Source: Octopus vulgaris (taxonomy: Eukaryota). Taken from it: 64,000 nucleotides of DNA. The stretch lies in the NCBI GenBank assembly GCA_951406725.2, contig OX597814.1:14880001-14944000 (forward strand), given 5' to 3'. The notes under the pieces were generated by a model. That model had not been told where the DNA came from. It saw only the letters and a list, made by a program, of their open reading frames with translations, and did no database searches. How positions within the stretch are numbered: position 1 is the first letter of the stretch; every line of letters starts with the position of its first letter. The translations under genes were made by a program, and so were the position numbers. This document shows, one piece after another, positions 54,361-64,000 of this stretch.

Positions 54361-55375
54361 AAGAATTGATTTTTGCTGCTATGTTGCTTGCTTCTCATTC
54401 AAGCTTTTGTTTAGATTAATCAGACCAAACTACTTTGCGTCGCATGAGAGTTTTATTCTAAGAGTACCTTCACAGTAGTTCTTCACCAACTCTGAAGTTG
54501 TTGCTGCTCTCGCTTTTCATTCTGCACGGACTGTACTCATTTCTTTCTTTAATTTGCAGCAGGTCTTGCCTGAGTGGTACAATGCGACATTCAAAAGCTG
54601 TTTGAAATGACTTGATGCCCCTATCACTATCACTTCGTCTCACAAGAATCCTATCTGATAATATAGATTTTGCCATTCGTTGTTAGTACTTTCCAAATGT
54701 AGGTATGTATGTATGTATTTATGCATGTATGTCATTGTTCAGTTTCATCTCAAGATTTCTTGCCAACAGAGAAAGAGCTGGTTTCAAACCTACAATTGGA
54801 ATTTCGACATCAGCAAGAGGTCATGTATGTATTTATGTGCAAATTTGGATGCTTTAGTTCATGTATGAATTTTCATGGATATCTAGACATGCTCATATAT
54901 ATATATTTCCATATCTAGACATGCTCATATATATTTCAATGATAAACTTCAGGAAAGTTTTACAGATTTTTACAGTACCAGTCATGGATTGGATCTGTAG
55001 TCATCGAATTAGCTTTCTGATTTCTGGTTTTGAGAAGCCTTATTTCTCAAGATTTGTATTTAGGTATTGTGTTAGATTTGTATTTAGGTATTGTGTCAGG
55101 TATAAACCTGAACTTGTAATCTGGATACAGTAACTATAGATTTCACATTAATTGAGCGTAGGTATTCTCTTTTTCACTGATCTTTAGCTTTAAGTTAACT
55201 TCCATTGGGCAGCTGATTTCTAAAACTATACACATTTTTCTACAACTATACACATTTTTCCTTTTATATCCCAAATCATTATATCTAGTCTGAAGTGTAT
55301 GTATGTATGTATGTGTGTGTATAGGTAGGTATGTAGGTAGATAGGTTGGATTGTAAGCATGTGTGCATGTATGCG

Positions 55376-55476
<101 letters not shown>

Positions 55477-56467
55477 GATTTGGACAAAATAATGGAAACA
55501 CCTTAAACTTTCAGACAAATTTATTGTAATAAGGGGTAGGACAGCCTTTGGCAGTAATAACAGCTTCAATTCTACGAGGTATAGACCCATACAAACTTTG
55601 AATTATTTCCAAAGGAAATATTTCCAAAGACTGAGGTAGCCAGATAAGATGTTCAACTTCACTAGAATGTTCCTGGTACCATTCAATAACAAGTTTAACT
55701 GTGTAAATTGGTGCATCATCACACTGAAAGATTGCGTTTCCCTCCGGAAACAGTTCCACAACCATAGGACGAATTTGATCAGATAAAATGCTTAAATGAC
55801 GTCCAGTTCTGACATTTGTATAACACTCAAACTATACACTAGCCCTAATAGGGATTTCCATATGCAGATTATTACATAAGTGGCGTGCCTTAGTTCCAGG
55901 GTGTAAAATCACAGTTTTATCAGCTTCTCTCAATGTGGCCCAACCTGCTTCGATGTTTTAGAGTGGTGGCGTCAGACTGGTTCAAGCTCTGCTGTCAGTC
56001 TACTTCTGCTTTGCATTTGTACAAGTTGGCTCCAAGTCTCACCCAGAGACCTCCACAGACAACAACATAGAAATTCATGTTGGTGTTATGCCAAGGGTAT
56101 CATATATTTGGTTTCGCACATAGTATTGTTCTAGAGAATGTTTGAGAAACATAAGGAGATTATGAGTTTGTTTTAAAATTTGAAATTACATACACAATAT
56201 ATTATGCAGATATCGGTAGTTCCCACGAGCACTATCCTTTGTATTTCTGCCATTTTGGGATTTCCTAATATCATAGCTAGGTAGCAATCAACCCCTTTGC
56301 TATCATTCCTAGGGCACCCTATGGCAGCAAGTATTCATTTCGTCTTGAGTTTCCACATATTGCCAATTTCTATTTCAAGATATTTATAGTTTCTCAGTTT
56401 TTGGTACATTTATGACAGTTGGGAGAGTTATGTCAACGAGGAGGCATTATTATTATTATTATTATCG

Positions 56468-56505
<38 letters not shown>

Positions 56506-56529
56506 ATCATTATTATTATTATTATTATT

Positions 56530-57085
56530 GAGTGAGAGAGCAGTTCATGCCATCAAAGTGACACTGGGGTAAAATATACGAAGCCCAATATACCCATCAT
56601 GACTACCCGTCTGATAAGGGTACACCAGGCACATGCATCACAACCATATGTGCGCGACATGGTGATCTCATATCAAGATAAACAGCACATGACCTTGCAG
56701 GTGGGGCCCAGTTAGAATTTTCTTCAGGTTGAGTAGCCCATCCCGCTCAAACGGTCCCTGAATAAGGGTTGTTTAAGGATGTTGAAAGAACCACCCATGT
56801 TTCCAGAGGTGAATTATTCAACCCCCAAAGAATCCCTCTCAACACATGGCTATGATGTTCCCCCACTTCTTCTGCTCGTGATCAGAGATGCACATATCGT
56901 CAGCCACTAAGGGACATGCTCAACTGGTTAAGGTCAAACAACTGACAAGCAAATCTGTGGTATTGAGCAGAATATTTGCTGTAGCCCATCTTTTATACCA
57001 AGACAAAACAATGTACATGATAACACTTCCAATCAGTTAAGATCAGAAGCCATGAGAGCCACTGCCTGGTACTGCATCAGGACAT
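56530..57085 (-). mobile_element. (AAT)n-associated element E
   Basis: Reverse-complement full copy between (ATT)n runs. Confidence 0.85.
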
Positions 57086-57194
57086 TTACTGCATCAGGGC
57101 ATTTACTGGGCATTTATTATTATTATTATTACTATTATTATTATTATTATTATTATCATTATTGTTATCATTATTATTATTATTATTATTATTA

Positions 57195-57248
<54 letters not shown>

Positions 57249-57259
57249 TTATTATTAAT

Positions 57260-57290
<31 letters not shown>

Positions 57291-58775
57291 TTATTATTAT
57301 TATTACTTTTATTATTATTTCTTTGTAACACACTGTAGGTAAGAATGCACCAGAGTCTTTACTTATCTGTAAAGTCACAACAAGGACCTCGGACAGATAA
57401 TATTTGCCTTAAGTGATGCGCTGCGCCCAATAAGGCTGCTTTTGGCAAGACATCAGTTGTCTTAAGAAGTTTTGTAGCTTCAATGGGATTTATCCCAACG
57501 CTCCGATCACCACTGGTATGAATTTTACATTACCCTCTAGCATTCCACACACTATTATTATCATCATTATCATCATCATCATCATCATCATTATTAAGAT
57601 TGCTATTGTTATATCGTTGTTTTTCTTGTTGCTGCTGCTGTTGTTTTTATCATTGTCATGTGCGTTTGAGCCCTAGGGCTGTAATCACGCTGGCGCACTA
57701 TATTATTGATTTTGAATAGATTGCATAGTTTTACCGAATGACCGTATCTCAGTATTTCGCCAAATGCAATTGCGATCTCAGGTAACCTTCACCTTCCGTT
57801 GTAGGGTATAGAGGAGAAAAACACAAGCAGTTTCGATTGTATATTTGCATTTTATGAACAATATCTCCTGGACATTCTTCATTCATCCACAGAGTAAGTT
57901 AACGTGTGTATGCTTATAAATCAAAAATATAAAATACGAAATAAACAAAGAACAATTCTGCATTTATAATATAAACTTTATTCAATCTTATGCATCCCAT
58001 TACAATTCAGTACACATTTATATATCTCTTCTTTATTTACTGTATTACAAAACATTACATAAGAAGAAAAGATATCGAACATTCTTATGCATATAGGAAG
58101 TTATACACTTCGAAAAATTATATGAACGCATTATAATACATTGTATAAATAAGAATTTTATAAAATTGTTAAAATAATAAAAATAATAATAAGCCCTTCC
58201 CGGAAGAGGTAATGTATGCACGTACGCATGTAAGCAGTTATGTATATGTGTATGCATGAGTGTAATTATACGTTTCTAAGTATATATATGTGCGTGCGTG
58301 TGTGTGTGTGTGTTTGCATACGCATTTACGAACATATGGATATATATGAGTGCAAGCATAGGTATGTATGTGTAAATATACGCATGCATGTATGCGTGTG
58401 TATATATGTTACAATAGGGCTCATATGTGCTTACGTGAATATATACATTAACGATATAACTCACGATGACCGGATACTCGGGTATTTTTTAGTTTTTTAT
58501 AAATATACTGTTGCACAGTTGAATATTAAATTATTCATTTTAAGAGGACAAAAGATTTTATATCATTTAGCAAATAAATTTTACTAATAGATTATTATGA
58601 TGATGTTATTACTTCATTTATAAAATATGCAATTATATAAGATGCAAAATTGTATGTGTGTTTTATGCAACATATGTTGCAAATTATGATAACCACTTGG
58701 TGGTCGACTTAATCTTTCATAAAATATTGAATAACGTCTGGATTACATATTTATACATCGTTATTCTATCCGTTC

Positions 58776-59303
58776 TTACGACTCGTATTCATCGTTGCTT
58801 CCACCTTTTCGTGAGTCGGCTTTTCGTGCACATGCACAAGCTGTGGCTACTTCAATCACTTTTGGTTTATACACGTACAGTCCATCAACACATTCATCCG
58901 TACGTTTAAGGACAGTCATTGGAGTATATACCATCACACATTCGTGGTTGTTGTCTGAATCGAAGCAGCCGTTACAGCGACACACGGCTTCGGTGCGGGA
59001 TGGAGGGAAAACTGTTGAATCATGGGTAATGTTCAGGTACCAAGGGCAGGTTGAACGTTCACGGATGATATCGCTGGATGAAGGAGACGTTGGGCAAGTT
59101 TTATCCCCGTCTGTCTGGGAGTTCTGCTTACTTCCGACCGGAGCTATTTCAACTGGTAGAAGAAAGTTATTGCCAATTGCTGCACGGGACAATGTCTGGT
59201 ACTGAACCTTCAGATTGGCTGGTATTTTACACTGGTCTGGAATTGATGCCGATGATACAAGAAAGGCGATGTTGAATAGAAATATGACAATGCTGGAGAG
59301 AAC
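58776..59303 (-). CDS. IL17: IL-17-like cytokine, main coding exon (palindromic twin of 45079-45606)
   Basis: 8 nucleotide differences in 528 by hand alignment; 3 amino-acid changes (R/I, D/G, N/D); same acceptor. Confidence 0.95.
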   Translation of the reverse strand, partial: VLSSIVIFLFNIAFLVSSASIPDQCKIPANLKVQYQTLSRAAIGNNFLLPVEIAPVGSKQNSQTDGDKTCPTSPSSSDIIRERSTCPWYLNITHDSTVFPPSRTEAVCRCNGCFDSDNNHECVMVYTPMTVLKRTDECVDGLYVYKPKVIEVATACACARKADSRKGGSNDEYES

Positions 59304-59732
59304 CTGTCAGAGAAAAATATATCTTTGTCAAGATTACTTTCGATTTGAGACATTTATCAGCTTAATCAAAAAATTCATTTATTTTCGACGCATATATAAA
59401 TGTATGACGAAATATTTTACGGAACTCAATTACTGAAAGTTGAATGAGTGACAAATACCAAAGTGATACGCGAAAACACAAATATAAACAAAAAAAAAGA
59501 AATCAAAAAACCTAAAAATTTTGTAAAATATCTCAATTACTAAGATTTTCAATAGTGGTCGATATAAAGGGTCTCAGTCGAGTAAAAAGAAAGAGATAGA
59601 ACGGACAGGGGATTGTGCATATATACATATATAATTATATACCAGGGTGAGCTCGTAAATACAAAACAAGGTGGAAAAATAGTACTCGAATACCGGAGGT
59701 AGAGTAATATGCCTCTTTAATAGATTATATAG

Positions 59733-59886
<154 letters not shown>

Positions 59887-60593
59887 CGAGAGAAAAATTG
59901 GGGTACGAACAGCGAGAATAGACACATATACATGTGTTTATAAAAAAACAACTGGTGCGTGTTAAAAAGCGTCACTCGATATGAGGAAGTTTTAATTTTG
60001 TTAAACATAGTAGACAACATGGTTCTGGAATCCATACTTTGCTAGTTACCTAATAAATTATCGTGGATGTGGAGAATATAATTTAGTCTCTTGACATAGT
60101 CTCTTATAGTCACAAAATCTATATTCATATTTAAGGTATTTGTAAATCTTTGACGAAGAAACAATGGAACGAAATAGTAGTCAGGGTCAGTTATAAACTT
60201 GACACTTATGTTGTGTATTATTTACAAGATACTGACTATTGAGTAAACATTTAAAATTGAATATGTGTGTCTGACAAAATAAGTGGTGTGCATGCATTGA
60301 GCATTATTTATGCTTTGTCTTATACGCACACACACAAACAAACACAAGCACAGGCACAGGCGCACGCACACACACTCACACATACGCACACACATACGCA
60401 TATATATGTACAGGGCCATATGCCATGCGCCCCTAACACAGTTCACTTCCACAGTGCATACATTCAATACAATATTACTTCTTCTCGACAACAGGTCTTG
60501 CTGTATTTAACATTAATCCCAAAACGAATCAAACAGAAAAAAGATCCTATCACATGCAAATCAAAGCTGTACAAATTTCTTCAAGGGATACCT

Positions 60594-60822
60594 AATTCTT
60601 TGCTACCCACAAGGGGCTAAACACAGAGAGGACAAACAAGGACAGACACACGGATTAAGACGATTATATCGACCCCAGTGCGTAACTGGTACTTACTTAA
60701 TCGACCCCGAAAGGATGAAAGGCAAAGTCGACCTCGGCGAAATTGGAACTCAAAACGTAGCGGCAGACGAAATACTGCTAAGCATTTCACCCGGCGTGCT
60801 AACGATTTTGCAAGCTCGCCGC
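60594..60822 (-). mobile_element. SINE family B (intronic, right arm only)
   Basis: Full family B match. Confidence 0.9.
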
Positions 60823-61204
60823 TTTCAAGTGATACCAAATAAGCTACATCCTAACTGAATACATACATATTAGTCAATAGCAAAACCCAATTTACAAAGG
60901 GCTTTATATCCAAAATCGTTACTTAAAAGTGGATTCGGTCAGTCAAGATGAATATGGTTTCAAAGCAAGACTCTTACACTTTTCTGTGATGTGAAAGCAA
61001 TGATTATAGTTTGCGTTGCATGTCCTTGTAAAGAGTGAAAGCGTTCAAAACTGTATTATTGATTATCTTTGGCAGACAGTTACTCATTTATACTCAACTG
61101 TGAGTCCAGATAAATCAGACCTGTGATAACGATAATTTGAGTAGAAAATTCCCATTAGCATCGAAAACTAATCAAGAGGTAAGTGAATGTATGTACATAT
61201 ACGT

Positions 61205-61251
<47 letters not shown>

Positions 61252-61432
61252 TGTGTGTGTGTATATATATATATATATGTGTGTGTGTATGTATGTATGT
61301 ATGTATGTATGTATGCATGCATGTATGTATGTATACATATGGCCCAAGTGCATGTATTTAATTAATGTAGGATGGAAATATTATTACAAAGATAAATATA
61401 GCAGATAATATCATTGTAGTATATTTACTTAC

Positions 61433-61447
61433 TGTAGATGTCTTCAT
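61433..61447 (-). CDS. IL17: IL-17-like gene, coding exon 1 (MKTST)
   Basis: acaATGAAGACATCTACA|gtaagt on the minus strand. Confidence 0.85.
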
Positions 61448-61584
61448 TGTAATGTTCGAGTTCGATAACTTGGCACAAAATGTAGAGTCGGTAGCTGTAT
61501 ACTATTACTATTTTCAACTTAGGTCGAATTGTTCTCTTCTCGATGTGATTGGCGATGTGATTGACATTAACCTGTCCCGTGTTT

Positions 61585-62592
61585 GCTTATATATAATATA
61601 AACACAAAGCGGAATTACGTTGTGCAAAGTATATTGTCATTCAACGAAAATTGTAGGGACACAAATGTGTTCGGAAATGCATTTTTCCGTCAAAGTTGCA
61701 GATCCGGCGATAATCTATCACATATTGGAAATAAGAACTTCTTGTCACCGACATAATTCTTCTAAAATGTGTTAAAAGGGAACAGGACATTGATTTTTTT
61801 ACAGTTTATTAACCTGCTAACCCACATATCACGGGGGCGGTGTCTGTGGTCATGATTGATCCACAGGTACCGGAAACTAAAACACGTTACGCTTCTAAAT
61901 TTTAATTTAATACCATTGTGTTTGTGTATGATTAGACAGATTTTTTTCTACTTTTTCACATTTCAAATATGATATTTGAGTAAGGCGCATTCATATGAGA
62001 AGCGTTGCATAAAGAGTGTATAATCTTCAAATTCACAAACTTTTTTCAAAATAACAGGTGGTTAATGATATAAAGAATAATTTATATTTGTTTTTAGCTT
62101 TTGATATAAAATGAATACAAAGCGGAATTACATTGTCTAAAGCCAGTTATTGTTATTCAAACAAAGATATTCGGAAATGCATCTATCCGTCGAAGTTGCA
62201 AATCCGGCGATAATCTATCACATATTGGAAATAAGAACTTCTTGTGACCGACATATTTCTTGTAATGTGTGTTAAGAGGAACAGCACATTATAATGCTAA
62301 CCTGTTGACCCATATATTGCACGGGGGTGGTGTCTGTGGTCATGATTGATCCACAGGTACCGGAAATTAAAAAAAAAACATTACACTTCTAAATTTAATT
62401 TTAATACTATTGTACATGTGTATGATTAGAAAAAGCAATTTTTTTATTTTTCATTTAGAATATTATATTTGAATAAGGCCCGTTCATATGAGCTGCGTTG
62501 CATAAAGAGAATATAATCTTCAAATTCATAAACTTTTTTATAATAACCGGTGATAAATGATATAAAGAATATTTTATATTTGTTTTTAGCTA
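61585..62592 (-). promoter_or_regulatory. Tandemly duplicated IL-17 promoter region; TATA at ~61587-61596
   Basis: Mirror of 41217-42208; conserved block at 61695-61709 and 62195-62209. Confidence 0.8.
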
Positions 62593-63289
62593 TTAATATA
62601 CCTGAATGCTTAAATTGTGTCCAGTGTTATGTCGTATTTGATAATTTTTGTTCTCTTGGGTACAATTCCCCTTCTTGTGCTAATGTTATTTTTGGTGACT
62701 TCGGCCATTGTAGATATTCCAGGTGAAATTAAGTTGACGGTGCAAAACCAGCAATATGGACATTTCTGATAATTAAAACGTACGGCATTATCACACAACG
62801 TGACACGCTGAATCCGCGCCAACATTTTGCTAAATATAAGCCTGTCTGAGGAATGCTCAGCCATTTATATGCTAATATAATAAGCAAGTAGTTCAATTCA
62901 TCGCTAATCAGAGAACCAACGAAGGTGCTTTTAGTTCGGTAACACAAAATATAAGTATAAACACTTCCAGACAGAATATTCGTTTCAATATACCTTTTTC
63001 AATTATTTCAAGACGAATGCAGTAGTATATATTATTGTATGGAATGAATTAAATCATCTATCATTTTTTTAATGAGAATTTACCAAACGTACAACATCAT
63101 ATGACATATATACGAATAATGTTGGTGAAGAAGATTCATTCTTATTGCAACATTATGGAATGTCATCTAACTAGATATAAAGAACAATTCCTATCTGTAA
63201 ACTGCAATCTTACAAATAACTCACACACACACACACACACACGTACAAACCCACACACAAACACGCAAACGCACGCGCGCACACACATA

Positions 63290-64000
63290 CAGTATACTAT
63301 GGGTAAATTGTCTCCATTTTTCAATTTGAATTTTACGCATTATTTGATTTTGATTTTGTCGACCACACAAGATAGTTGTATCAGTGGGACGCTATCCGTG
63401 AGAAACTCACCATGACTCAATTCACTCTGCCATAAAGTTGGAAATGACATTCTGTACTGCTTAGTATTCGCGCTGGAAGCTCCGATACGAACAGATGGTG
63501 AACACACGGAAAACCGTTAGCTTGCCGTGTTCCCAAAACATGTACCGAGAGTAACAGATATCAAACATCAGTCAACATTACGGTGTTTGGAGTGATCATT
63601 AGTGATGATGGCGTTATGCTTCAATATATCATCCCACACGGCCTCAGACTCAAAACAGAGGCCTGCATCAAGTGTTTGAAGGGGTTAGAGCTGCCCTGGA
63701 TCAAGACGGTGGCTGCTGGAAGACTATGTCTGGCAACAGGACTCTCTATCATGCCACACAAACAGTCATGGCTGTCAGACAATTTCTGCCATCACATCAC
63801 TCCTAACATCTGGCCATCTAACTCCCCAGACTGCAACCTCCTTGATTATTATGTGTGGCGGTGCAGTTGAGCGAGAGACCATCAAAACTCCTTGTAACGC
63901 CAAAAATGACCTGAAAACAAGGATTATGGCAGCATTCACGAACCTAAATAAGAGACCGTTCTGAAGTGTCTCAGAGGATTCCGAAGTCGCTTGGAGGCCG
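63290..64000 (+). mobile_element. Decayed mariner-like (maT/DD37D-type) transposon, runs off the window
   Basis: VFGVIISDDGVM..IPHGLRL..C.K.L...LPWI..QQDS..WPSNSPDCNLLDYYVW. Confidence 0.8.

Overview
AT-rich, microsatellite- and retroelement-dense animal DNA. The SINE repertoire and the tandem IL-17 genes point to an octopus (inference). The window holds five interleukin-17-like (cystine-knot cytokine) loci: three apparently intact, one frameshifted and one decayed. Four of the five have a 6-15 nt coding first exon and one large coding exon; no first exon was found for the decayed copy. The two right-hand genes sit convergently on the arms of a ~22.6 kb palindrome (~40620-63220) whose centre has almost no spacer (~53571). 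Their main exons are nearly identical while the neutral arm sequence is clearly diverged. Also present: a 5'-inverted RPS3A processed pseudogene, Penelope-like remnants with hammerhead ribozyme motifs, several short fold-backs beside (TA)n or (TG)n tracts, an (AAT)n-targeted ~555 bp element, R4/Dong, CR1, RTE and Tc1/mariner fragments, and many tRNA-derived SINEs. Most ORFs in the supplied track are microsatellite artefacts. Repeat boundaries were read by eye and are approximate.
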